A stretch of DNA of 64,000 nt from Heptranchias perlo (Eukaryota): assembly GCF_035084215.1 (NCBI RefSeq), contig NC_090363.1, positions 12,338,001-12,402,000 of the forward strand, given 5' to 3'. Position numbers and translations under genes: made by a program. The notes under the pieces were generated by a model. The model was not told the DNA's origin. It ran no database searches and saw nothing but the letters and a program-made list of their open reading frames with translations. This document shows, piece after piece, positions 33,901 through 47,400 of this stretch. Positions within the stretch are counted from its first letter, which is position 1. Every line of letters begins with the position of its first letter.

Positions 33901-36900
33901 TAAAAGAGGAAAGTTGATTATATCGGCCTGCTATCAACAAAGTGGTGGATATGATTGCATGATGAATGATAAAAGTAATTATTTTGGGAAAGGAACGGAG
34001 TGATGCAGAGTACAGATTGTGGGGAGTTCCTCAGTCCTAAAAGACTCAGGCGATGGGCCATGAGCAACTGCGCAAGTAGAAGGACATAAGGGGAAGTTTG
34101 ACAGCAATAAGCCAATCGTTCGTTCCAAATCTTATGATATTAGCTTGTTTAATTGTTCTATTATCATCCCTATCAATGGCTTTGAATATTTGTAAATTAA
34201 ATTACCAAAACACTCACCAGTCGGAATCTGATGGTGTATAAAGGAGCCAATGAGGTCATCAGTAGAACTGCCTCACCGAACTCCATACTGGTGATCAGAG
34301 ATTGGAAGAGAACTTTCATGTCGATGGATTAATTAAGATTTAAAAATTACCTCCTTAATTTTGGAAAGCACAAGGTTAAGTGCAATAGGCCTTTAGTTAG
34401 AAAGTCTGAGCAATCGACGTTCTTTGGGATAGAATGTTGGCAAACAGCTCTATAAGTAAAAAGGATATGAGGAATGAATGCAACCGACAGTGTGCAAACA
34501 GATCAACACGTGGCTGAGATCAGACACATGCATCTCGAAAACCATAGGAAGAATTCTACCAGAGTTAGAGGTTTTTGGAGTTAATGAAAGGCATGATCCA
34601 ACATACAGTTTATTATAATGTTGAAACATTACATAATGTGGCCGTGAGAATGCCTTGAAGACATTTTAGTGAGGTTTCACTATATGATTTGTATATTAAT
34701 ATATTCCAATTTGGCTTTCACAAGCTTAATCCACATTCAAACATGTGCCTGGGGCAGGAAATCAACACAGGAACAAGAGTAAACCATTTAGTCCCTCGAC
34801 CCTTTCCGCTGTTCAATGAGATCATGGCTGATCTGTATCCTAACTCCATCCACCCGCCTTGGTTCCTGATCCTTAAACAACCTTGGCTGGCAAAACTTTA
34901 ATCGATGTAAGATTTATAATTATTAATTGAAGTCGCATCTGTTGCTTTTTGTGGGAGAGAGTTCCACATTGCTACCACTCTATGTGTGAAGAAATGTTTC
35001 CTAATTTCTCACCTCAAAAGCCTGGTTATGATGTTAAGGTTATGTCCCCTTGTCCGAGACTCCCCAACCAGCGGAATTTTTTCCCCTCCACCGACCCTAT
35101 CATATCCTTTCCAAATCCAAAAAAAGTCAATCAAATCACCCGTTAACCTTTTATATTCGTGGGACTACAAGACTGGTTCGTGTATTCTCAGCATATAATC
35201 TAACACTTGGAGCCCTGGTAACATTTCTTCACTCAGAGGGTGGTGAACCTATGGAATTCTCTGCCACAGAAGGCTGTGGAGGCCAAGTCACTGAACATAT
35301 TTAAGAAGGAGCCAGATAGATTTCTAGACACAAAAGACATCAAGGGGTATGGGGAGAGAGTGGGAATATGGTGTTGAGATAAAGGATCAGCCATGATCAT
35401 ATTGAATGGCGGAGCAGGCTCAAAAGGGCGGAATGGCCTACTCCTGCTCCTATTTTCTAAGTTTCCATGTAACATTCTGGTGAATTTGCGCTGCACTCCT
35501 TCCAAGGCCAATATATCCTTTCTGAACTGCAGTGCCCAGAACTGTACACAGTACTCTTGATGTAGTCTAACCAGGGCTTTGGAAAGCTGGAGCAAACCTT
35601 CCTCCCCTTTATATTCTAGCCCTCCACTTATAAAGGCTAACATTCCATTAGTCTTTGTGATTATTTTTTTTTACCTGACTACAACATTTTAGTGATCTGT
35701 GTAGATGGACCATTAAATATCGTTGGACCTGCACTGGTCCTAACTTTTCACCATTTAAAAATACTCGGATCAATCCTTTTTTGGTCCAAAATGGATGACC
35801 TCACACTTGTCTGAAATTAAATTTCAATAACTTCGCCACAACAAAAGTTAGACTAACAGATTTTTAATTTCCTGGTACTTCTCTCTCGCATCTTTCTTAA
35901 ATAAAGGTTTTACATTTGCAGTATTCCAATCTAAAGACGCAATTCCAGAATCGAGAGAGTTTTGGAAGAGTATGGCTAAAGCATCTGCAATTTCCTCACC
36001 GACTTCCTTTAAAATCCAGGCGTGGAAACCATCAGGCCCTGAGGATTTGTCAGTCTATACTGCCCTTATTAATCCTAATTTTGTTGTCTTGCTTACATTA
36101 ACGTCAGTGAGTTTCAGTCCTTGATTCAATATTAATTTCCCTGGAATGTCAGATATATTATCCTTTTCCTCTACTGTGAAGATTGACACAAAATAATTAT
36201 TCAACAAGTCTGCCACTTCCTTATTTTCGTTTGCAATATTACCAGCGTCTGTTTTGATTACCGTTTTTCTTCTAATATAATCGTAAACACCTTTTGTGTT
36301 AATCTTGGTATCCCTCGCAAGTTTCTTTTCATATTCCGTTTTTGCAGCTCTTATTATCTCTTTTTGTTTCCTTTGCTGTTCTTTATATCACCACCAGTCC
36401 CCTGGATCTACACTATTCCTTGCACTTTTTAAATGCTCTTTCGTTTAGTTTTATGTTAGCTCATCTTTTTATTCTGCCATGGCTCTTCATTGGTACGTTA
36501 TATTATTTTTTGAACACCGCCCACTGATCATCGGTAGTTTTACTCGTAAACAGTTTTGATAAGTTTGCTTTCGTCAGTCTCTGTCTCACCGCTTTAAAGT
36601 TAGACATATCACCATCTAGAATCTTAGTAATCGTGTTAGGTTTCTCCTTCGGGAATGAATCATTCCCTTTTAACCACTGTGTACTGTACATGTACAGGAC
36701 TGACACTGAAACACACACGGGCCGTACAGTACCAGATGTGAGTAAATCATTCTCTTTTCCCCTTGTGTACTGTACTTATAAAGGAGCTGACATTAGGACA
36801 CAAACACAGGCCGTACAATACCAGAAGGGCGTGACTCAGTCCCTTTTTCCCGCTGTGTGCTGTCCATGTGCAGAAGCTGACACTGAGACATACACGGGCC

Positions 36901-39391
36901 ATACTGTCCCAGACGGGAGTGAACCATTCCCCTTTAATATGTAACGTGTTACATTGTGTTACATAGCATTTACAACAGAGAAACAATCCATTCGGACTTT
37001 CTCCGACATGAAGTTATCATGCTTCCCCTTAACTACATTTATAGCTTCCGCCTTAACTTCTCCATGTGGTAGCAAGTTCCATTCTCTAACAACTCTGTGG
37101 GTAAAGACGTTGCCCCTGAATTTTTTATTGGATTTATTAGTGACTATTTTATTTTCATGGCCCCTCGTTTTGGACTCCTCCACAACTGGTAACATCTTCT
37201 CTACTTCTACCCTCTCAAACACCTTCATAATCCTGAAGACCTCTATTAGGTCACACCTCAGCCTTCTCTTTTCTTGAGAAAAGATGTCCAGCCTGTTTGG
37301 TCTTTCTTAAAATTTTGATATCATCCATGTAATGTTTTTTGGAATCTTCTCTAGTGCCTCGATACCCTTTTGTAACATGGAGACCGCAGTACTCAAAGTG
37401 TGGTCGAACCAACGTTCTATTTTGGTTTAACATAACTTCTCTGCTTTTCAATTCTATTCGTTTAGAAATGAACCCCTGTGTGTTGTTTGTATTTTTATGG
37501 CCTTGTATGGAGCAGGATGGTGCGCTCAAACGTGTCAAAGTCTGAGGTCATGTCGAGAAGGGTGAGGAGGGATGGTTCACCACGGTCACAGTCACATGGG
37601 ATGTCATTTGTGACTTTGATAAGTTCCGTTTCAATCCTGTGGCAGGAGCGGAAACCTGATTGGAGGGGTTCAAACATGGAATAGGGGGAAAGATGGGCAC
37701 GGATTTCGGGAGGAGACAACAACTTCAAGGACATTGGAGCGGAAATGCAGGTTGGAGATTGTAGTTTGCAAGGGCAGATGGGCGAAGGTGTTCTTTTGAG
37801 CAGGGTTGTGATGACGACAGATTTAAAGGAGAGCGAGCCAGTAAAATAGCCATTGATTTGCTTCAAATTCTGACACAAAAGAGTTCACAGCGTGAGAGAA
37901 GTTTTGGAATACACGTCAGTCAGAAATACAAAATCTTGGAGATGCTTAACAAGCCTGTTAACATGTGGAAGAGAAACTCAGGTTAAAACTCTGCATGAGG
38001 ATCCTCACGTTAAACCTGATGGCCACAGTTATTCCAGGCAGCTTAGGACAGGGAAACGTTAATATCATCAGCTAACATGGGGCTAGGAAGTGAAGTTGGG
38101 TGGACAGCAGTTTGGTGGGAATAGGGTCGAGGTAGCAGGAGGTGGTCAAGACTAGCTCGGAGAGCGCATGAGGAGAGACAGGCGAGAAAGTAGAGAAAGG
38201 TGGAAGTTCAAGGCTAGGGCAGGGAGGAACCTTGGGGTAAGTTTGGCTTCGTGGGTTAAGGGAAAGCAGGGAAGCGGCAGAGGCAGCAGAACGGATGGTC
38301 TCAATCTTAGTAATAACGAAGTCCATGAGCTCGTCGCACTTGTTGTTGGAGCTGACTGCAGAGGGGCAGTGATTAGAGGTTCAAGAATACCGTTTGCAGT
38401 GGAGAAATGACGCCGGGGTTAATGTTATCATTCCAGGATGGTCCTGGAATATTGAGCAATTTTGGCAGAGGTGAATAGGACACGATAAAGCTTTATGTAG
38501 TCCAGCCAGATCTGGCAATGGATTGTTATACCAGTTGTCCGCCGTAAATGTTCAAGTCTGGGTCCCTTGGACTTCAGGGAGGGGAGATGTGGGCTGTAAC
38601 GGGGGTAAGGACCAGGGTGAGAGGCAATAATTGTTTTAATGGAGCAAGGGCATCAAAGTTGGAGGTACGGTGTGATTGAGCAGATCGGTAGCCATTTGGT
38701 ACAGTGTAGATATTTTATATTGAAAAAAATATGCATTCAGGGTACGACAATGACTAACAGTCACTCAATCGCCGACCATGTTGCGCTGGTGAAATTGTGT
38801 TCGTCGCACCAGCACCTGATTGAACGGTGCTGCCGGGTGATGACCCATTTTATATTCCCCTCCCAGCTCCGATATTGTATCTCATGTTGTCAATGCGATT
38901 TACTCTATCACTCTATCACTCTCACAGCTTTTTGGTATGATTTGCACTTTGACGGTTAAGTGCTAACTGACAGGTTCACATTTTATTCCCCTTCTTCTCC
39001 AATTCACTTTTAATTTTTAGAACTGGAACAACGGAGCCTTCGTAGAATTAATTAAAGCATCGAGTTACCAAGAGCTAAATAACGTCATCAAGAAACTGCT
39101 TTGAGGTCACAGTTTCAGCGCGGGGGATGACTGAGCCTCAGAGTGCCCAGTGGAGCCTCGATTTTCGCACTGCCTCATTAAATGATCGTGGAGCGCACTT
39201 TACTCATTGATTTGGAAAATAAACATGTTCTAATATGTTTGTTCGAAGGCCCGTGGCTAATACCATCTCTTATGTAAAACCACTGTGTCCCTGTGGGATT
39301 GACTGGTGTATAAAACAGCTCCTGTTTCAATTCATTGTCTTTGTGTCCAAACCAGAGCCTTGCTGCCACGATTGTCCGGTTTCGGCAGGAA

Positions 39392-39461
39392 ATGGGACGG
39401 GCAGCAGTTTTCTCCGAATCAGTCATTTGCTATCCAATTCTTGCAATTATTGGTCTTCCCA
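39392..39461 (+). CDS. GPCR A2 exon 1 (MGRAAVFSESVICYPILAIIGLP)
   Basis: 70-nt phase-1 exon, GTAAGT donor at 39462. Confidence 0.85.
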
Positions 39462-40549
39462 GTAAGTAATAAATTAATGACGAAAGGTCATCGACCTGAA
39501 ACGTTAACTCTGTTCCTTTCTCCAAAGATGCTGCCTCACTGAGTATTTTCAGCATTTTCTGTTTTTATTTCAGAGTTCCAGAATCCGCAGTATTTTGCGC
39601 TTGCAGTAATAACAAGCATTTATTATGTGGACCATTTTTAAAATGCATTGTTGCTTTCACAATGTGCTGTTTGCCTCCATCTCTTTCTTCCTTGGTTGCC
39701 CATTTTATGGTAAGTTTATTGAATAGAAAGCTCTCACTTTGCCTTACTTCTTATAAAAGGAAAACTATTGTGATATTATATAAGGCTCTCTAAATGCATA
39801 CATCAAATGCAAGTTCTCCCGTTTGTTAAACGCCTTGCAATCAGCTACATGGAATAACTGTGGCCATCAGGTTTATCGTGAGGACCCTTATGCGGAGTTT
39901 TAACCAGAGTTTATCTTCCAAATGTCAACAGGCCGGTTACGCATCTCCAAGATTCAGTATACCTGACTCACGTGAATTCCTAAACTTCTCCCACGCTGTG
40001 AATTGACTTTGGGGGCGAATTCAACCTAACCCGACTGTCGGGAAACTGACGGGATCGTGTGCATCGCTGGTTTAATACCCCATCCCATTTTATCCACTAT
40101 TGAACGCAAAGGGTTCTAAAACCGGCGTTTCACGCCATACTTGGGTTAAAATTACCCCTTCTGTCGCATAATTTGAAGGAAATCAATGGCTGTTTTACTG
40201 AACTCTCTTCATCACTTGCTCAGGATGAAAAGGCTTCTCATCAGTAATGTGTCTCCGAAAATATCATTGACAAAATCGTGAAACTGTCACAGTAAATCAC
40301 GTGTGTCAAAGGAGGAGCCAATTTCCAGCAATTCGTATGCTGCACATATTTTATTCTCGACTGGAATCACTTAAATCAGCAGATAGTAGTGAGTGAATTT
40401 GGCACCGTCCTGATCCGGTTGTCTCAGTACAGCACCCGGTGAGACTGGGAGGAATCCGTTTCAGTAACAAGCCTCCTTTCTCACAAATACCAAACAGCCA
40501 ATTGCAAAGGAGTGTGATTTTATATCCTTTTTTTTTCAATTTATTTCAG

Positions 40550-41445
40550 CAAACATGATGTCAGTTGTGATCCTGTCCCGGGGAAAGTGCGGTCTCTCCA
40601 AAGGAATCACTCGTTACATGGCGGCCATGGCAGTAGCAGATCTAATGGTTTGCATGTTTAATGTAATATTACGAAATATCTTCAGGTATCATTTTCGAGA
40701 TTCATGGTTGAGCTACACTTACGTGTGCCGTTTTACTGCTTTTATACAAGTATTTAGCAGCCAGCTCTCTGTCTGGTTCACAGTTTCATTCACGTTTGAC
40801 CGCTTCATATCGATTTGTTGTCAGAAACTAAAATTGAAATATTGCACCGAAAGAACTGCCAGTGTAGTTTTAACGACCATATGTGTGCTCAGCTTTTTGA
40901 TGAATATTCCTGTTTATTTCCGATTTGAGCCATACTATATGGTTGATCATATACAGTGGGGCTGCCGTACAGTTACAGGATATTTTTCTTCACCGGCATG
41001 GGTAGCTTACAAATGGATTAGCACTCTCTCATCCCCAATTCTCCCATGCCCTTTGTTATTGCTGTTAAATTCTCTCACTGCCAGGCACATCTTAGTGGCC
41101 AGTAGATCTCGCAGAGTCCTGAAGAGCCGAAACAATGGGGAGAACCGCAGTGATCCCGAGATGAAGAACCGAAGAACATCCATCATTCTGCTCTTCGCTA
41201 TCTCGGGGAGTTTTATTGTGTTGTGGACGCCGATTACTGTAATAAACATCTGTGTCGGTGTGACGGAGACACCTACTTTCAAAGGTTCAAACTCACTTTA
41301 TTTGGCAATTAGAATCACACTTCTGCTGATGTATTTGAGCTCCTGCACGAACACGTGCATTTATGCATTGACCCAGAGGAGATTCCGAGAGGAGATGAAG
41401 AATATGGTGAAATATCCGGTTACTTTCGTTTTCAAGTTATTTTAA
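40550..41445 (+). CDS. GPCR A2 exon 2, GPR139/GPR142-like class A orphan receptor (spliced 321 aa)
   Basis: tttcAG acceptor; intact ORF 40555-41445 with all class A motifs. Confidence 0.92.
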
Positions 41446-44400
41446 TAATTAAATTTTATTTACTCGCATTTTCCTGGGATCTAGGTTCGTTGTTGCTACT
41501 TGAAGTGTTCGGCTGAGGCCAGGTATTGCACCCATTGGTTCTCATCCTTCCACAACACCAATTGTCCATTTTCCTACCTCACAAGGTGATGGCAGTTCCG
41601 CTGCTGTTCTAAAACTCGCCATACCGATATGAGAAAACGAATCGCACCGAATTCTCTAAACATATTACTGATAGAATGTTTTGCGGTATCTAAAAGTTCA
41701 CAACATTTCACAATGGTTCATTTTTTGAGATGAAAGGACAGAGAGCGAATGTCCCCATCAGTTCTTGGCAAATTTCGGAATATTCCCTTTGGCTCCTATG
41801 AGTGAAAATACCAGATACTCACCGTGAAGAGTCCATCTGGTCTGTGCATGTGAGGGCATCAGTGACTCATTGTGGATATTTCTTCTGTATCCAATCCGTC
41901 AGGTTATCAGTGTGATCCCTATGTCTAAAGGGTTGGAAGTTATGCTCCAGCGATACAAACATAGAAACATATAGAAACATAGAAAATAGGAGCAGGAGTA
42001 GGCATTCGTCACATCAAGCCTGTTCCGCCATTCATTATAATCATGGCTGACCCTCTATCTCAATGCCATATTCCCGCTCGCTCCCCATACCCCTTGATGC
42101 CTTCAGTGTCGAGAAATTTATCTAGCTCCTTCTTAAATATATTTAGTGAATTGGCTTCTACAGCCTTCTGTGGTAGAGAATTCCACAGATTCACCACACT
42201 CTGAGTGAAGAAGCTTCTCCTCATCTCAGTCCTAAATGGCCTACCCCATATCCTGAGACTGTGACTCCTCGTTCTGGATCCCACAGCCAGGGGAAACATC
42301 CGCCCTGCATCCGGTCTGTCTAGCCCTGTCAGAGTTTTACATATTTCAATGAATACCCTCTCATTCTTCTCAACTGGAGTAAATACAGGCCGAGTCGACC
42401 CAATCTCTCCTCAAACGACAGTGCTGCCATCCCAGGAATCAGCCCGGTGAACATTCGTTGCACTCCCTCTAAGGCAATTATATCCTTTATTAGATAAGGA
42501 GACCAAAACTGCATACAATACTCCAGATGTGGTCTCACCAAGCCCTGTATAACTGCAGTAAGACATATTAGCTCATGTACTCAAATCCTCTTGCAATGAA
42601 GGCCAACATACCATTTGCCTTCCTAACTGCTTGCTGCACCTGCATGTTTGCTTTCAGTGACTGGTGTACAAAGACACCCAGGTCCCTTTGTACATTAACA
42701 TTTCCCAGTCCATCACCATTCTTAATTGATCTCTTGATCCTTTTTTGCTGAATTCTAAACTGCTCCCAATCTTCAGGCTTGCTTCTTTTTCCGGTAACTT
42801 TATATGATTCCTCTTTTGATCTAATACTATTCTTAATTTCTTTTGTTAGCCACGGTTAGGCCGCTTTTCCTTTTGTGTTTTCGTGCCAGAAAGGAATGTA
42901 TAATTGTTGCAATGCATGCATTGCTTCCTGTTATACAAAGCCCTGGTTAGACCGCACCTGGAGAACTGTGTACAGTTCAAAGTACCTCAAAATGGAAAGG
43001 ATATTGAACTTGATGGAAGGGCAGCGTTGATTTACTAGAATGATACTTGGACTCCAAGGGTTCAATTGTGAGAGATTACACAAACTAGGGTTGTATTCCC
43101 TGGAATGTGGAAGATTAAGGGGTGATTTGCTCGAAGTTTTCAAGATATTAAAGGGAACTGATATGGTAGATCGAGAGAAAGTATTTACGCTGGTTGAGGA
43201 CTCTAGGACTAGGGGACATAGCCGAAAAATTACAGCCAGCATCTTGAGGAGTGAAGTTAGGAAACGCTTCCACACGCAAAGAATGATAGAAGTTTGGAAC
43301 TCGCTTCGGCAAACGGCAGTTGATGCTAACTCAATTGTTAATTGTTAATCTGAGATTGATAGATTTTTGTCAACTAAAGGTGTCAAGCGATTTGGGGCGA
43401 AGGCGGGTATATTGAGTTAGATCAGAGATCAGCCATGAATTCATTAAATGGCAGAACAGGCTCGAGGGGTTAAATGGCCTACTCATGTGCCTATGATCCA
43501 ATGTTCCAATGATATCAGAACCATAACAATATGGTATGTAATTCTGCAACAAGTAAGGGACAGAAATTGTGTTTCTTTGTGACAAGGTCCACAGAGCTCT
43601 CCTGACGGGAGATTGATAGACACAGGAAGTCACATCGTTGGGTGTGCGAGGTTATATAACAATTGGACCATATTGTAAAATAGTAGAATTTGTTTTTAAA
43701 TTTATTCTCAGAATGTGTACATCCCTGGCTAGGCCGGCATTTATTGTCCATCGCTAGTTGACGTGAGAAGGTGATGACCGACCTTCTTCCTTGAATCATC
43801 TTTATTGGTATGATACAACTGTGTGGCTTGCATGTCCATTATGAGGGTAGATAAGAGTCAACCAAGTAACAATAGGCCAGAATCTATGACAGTTTTCCTT
43901 CCCTAAAGGACATCATTGAACCGATTCGGTTTTTAAAACTATCAGATTGCCTTATGATCACTTTTACTGGCTTTTTTTCCAGATGTCCAGGGAAACAGAA
44001 TTAAAATTCTCATAAAGCGGTGGTGCAATTTGAACTCAAGGTCTCCGAATTACTAGCCCAGGAATATAACCGCTTCATTGTCGTAACCGTTATATCATTA
44101 TAATGCACTGTCAAGCTTGCCCAATTCATAAATCTGTGCCTTGTTTGTTAAAGATCTGCTCCAATTAGAAGATTATGATTTGATTTTTGGCTTTAGGAGC
44201 TCAACTATTCGCTTCAATGCTCAAGGACTGAGAACATCTAGAAGTTGGGCGGGGTCCATTCTCCTGGTCAAATTTAAATGACCTCTCTGCGAAAGTATGC
44301 CTGTCTGTAGGCTGGGAGCAGCTCAGCTTGAGTTAAACCTAGAGTACATCACATGTGGAGAATCACAATGCATCCTGACAAGCAGTGAAAGATCACACGC

Positions 44401-47400
44401 TCTGGACCATGTGTCATACTTCGCAGAAAACCACCGCCTATGTTTGCACGTGAAATCCCTTACTTTGTGCAGAAATACATCGCATATTTTATTGCTTCTG
44501 ATACCCTTGCACACGGTGACCAAAGGTATTCTTGATCAGTTCCTGCTGTCCTCTCACATACAAACCAGTAGTAACCACCCTGTGCTGTAGCTGATATTTT
44601 CAGTCATATGGACCAACGGCAACTTTTCCGTTCTGCAGATTATACAGTCACTCATAGGGACCAGATGGAATCTTCCAGTTATGTACCTGATATCTTCACT
44701 CATAGCGACCAAAGGAAATTTTCCCATAGTGCAGATGATACGTTTACTCATAGGGATCAAAGGGAATCTTCCTATTCTGTATCTGATATTTTCGCTCATA
44801 GCGACCTGATGGCTTCCTCACATTTTGTATCTGACATCTTGACTCGTAGGGAAAATAGGAATCTTCTACCCTTTGTCAAGCACTGATGGGAATCTTCCCC
44901 TGCTGCGTTTTCATCTCAAAAATGAACAATTGTGAACAATATTAAGGATTAAGTTGTGCATGTGATCGTCTAACATTCATCAGATTCAAACATCTGGATG
45001 AAAGTGTCCAATATGTCACTTGTACGTCAATGTTTTCTCCCAGTTTACATATATTGTAAATTTATCTTCAGAATTGATCGCAACTGGGGCAATTCAAAAA
45101 TCGAATTCATTGTCCGCATGCCTGATTGATTACTTGTTCGTTCTGCTGAGCAGATCTGAATCCACATTGCAATGAATTTACCTGATTTTAAAATATTTTA
45201 GTTTGCCAAATCTACAGAAATACTTTTCCATGCAATTCGATTTGATATAACTGTCCTGCTTGATGTGTCGAAGGCCATTTTATCAGGACAGAAGCAATCT
45301 TCCAAGGGGCTGATGTGCAAATGATGTCATTCAGATGATGATAAACTTAGGCAAGAAACGTTGATGGATTAAAAGAGAAAAGTTGATTAAATCTGCCTGC
45401 TATCAACAAAATGGTGGATAGGATTGCACAATGAATGATAAAAGTAATTATTTTGGGAAAGGAACGGAGTGATGCAGAGAACAGATTGTGGGGAGTTCCT
45501 CAGTTGAAAAAAGGAATCAGGCGATGCGCCATGATCAACTGCGCAGGTAGAGGGTCATTTGCGGATGTTTGTCAGCAATAAGCCAATCTTTTATTCAAAA
45601 TCTTCTAATATTAGCTTGTTTAGTTGTTCAACTGTCAATCCATGTCAATGGCGTTGACTATCAGCAAATTAAATTTTCAAAATACTCACCAGTAGGAATC
45701 TGGTGGTGTATCGATATATATCGAGGACATCGGTATAACTGCCTCACCGAACTCCATGCTGGTGTTCAAAGATTAGAAGAGATCTTTCATGTCGATGAAG
45801 TAATTAAGATTTGAAAATGCCCTCCTTAATTTTGGAAAACACAGGGTTAAGTGCTTAACCTTGGCCTTTAGTTAGAAAGTCAGGGCTATCGACGTTCTTT
45901 GGGATGGAACGTTGACAAACAGCTCTTTAACTGAAAAGGATATGAGGAATGAATGCAACCGACAGTGTGTAAATAGAAGAACACGTGGCTGAGATCAGAC
46001 ACATGAATCTAGAGAACCAAAGGAAGAATTCTACCAGAATTAGAATTTTTTGGAGTCAATGACAGGCAGGATCCGACATACAGTTTATGATAATCTTGAC
46101 AACATTACATAAAATGGCCGTGAGAAAGCCTTGAAGACATTTTAGTGAAGTTTCACTGTATGGTTGGTATTTTAATATATTCCAATTTCGCTTTCAAAAG
46201 CTTAACACACGTTAAAACACGTGCATGAGACAGGAAGTCAACGTGGGAACAGGAGTATGTCATTCAGTCCCTCGAGACTTTTCCGCTGTTCAATGAGGTC
46301 ATGACTTATCTGTATCCTAATTTCATCCACCCGCCTTGGCTCCATATCCTTAAATAACCTTGGCTGGAAAAACTGTCAAAGATCTCAGATTTAAAGTTAT
46401 TAATTGAAGTCGCATCTATTGCTTTTTGTGGGAGAGAGTTCCACATTGAGAATCTATGTGTGAAGAAAGATTTCCCAACTTCTCTCCTCAATGGCCTTGC
46501 TCTGAATTTAAGGTTATGGCCCTTTGTCCTCGACTCCACAATCAGCAGAAAAAAAATTCGCTCTATCTATCCTATCAGTTCCTTTCAAAATCCGAAAAAA
46601 CGTCAATCAAATCACCCGTTAACCTTCTATATTCGAGGGACGACAAGCCTGGTTTGTGTATTCTCACCTCATAATCTAATCCTTGGATCCCTGGTAACAT
46701 TCACGTGAATTTGCGCTGCACTCCTTCCAAGGCCAATATATCCTTTCTGAGGCGCAGTGCCCAGAACTGTACACAGTACTCCAGATGTAGACTAACCAGG
46801 GTTTTGTATAGCTGTGGCAAACATTCCTGTCCTTTCCATTCTATCCCTCTCCTGATGAAGGCTAACATTCCATTAGTCTTTTTGATAATTTTTTCTACCT
46901 GACGACTACATTTTACTGATCTGTGCAGATGGAGCACAAAATCTCCTTGGACCTCCAATGTTCCTAACTTTTCAGCATTCAAAAATACTCGGATCAATCT
47001 CTTTTTGGTAGAAAATGGATGACCTCACACTTGCCTGAATTGAAATTACAATAACTTCCCCACAACAAATGTTAGATTATTAGATTTTAAATGTCATGGT
47101 ATTTCTCTCTCATTTTTCTTAAATAATGGAGTTACATTTGCAGTATTCCAATCTAAAGGGCCAATTCCAGAATCGGGAGTGCTGTGAATATTATGGCGAA
47201 AGCATCTGCAATTTCCTCACCTACTTCCTTTAAAATCCTGGGGGTAAAGTATAAGGCCTGGGGATTTGTCATTCTATACGGCCATCAATATTTCTAATTC
47301 AGTTTTCTTGCGTACATTATCGTCAGTGAGTTCCAGTCCTTGATTCATTATTAGATTCCCTGGAATGTAAGGAATATTATCCTATTCCTCTACTGTGAAG

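Larger units (their letters stand above)
1..34328. repeat. Tandem segmental duplication, copy 1 (units A1-B1-C1)
   Basis: Sequence from position 1 (ttaattaagatttaaaaattacctcc) recurs at 34329. ORFs recur near-identically (621->34949, 19647->52928, 30985->63532), with the offset shifting only at identifiable indels. Confidence 0.97.

Noticed and set aside
33920-34005. Ig/TCR-like motifs (ACYQQ and YFGKGT) on the + strand, plus a MEFG leader-like start on the - strand
   Set aside because: Spacing is far too short for V-J, a stop follows immediately, no heptamer/nonamer RSS is present, and the strands disagree.
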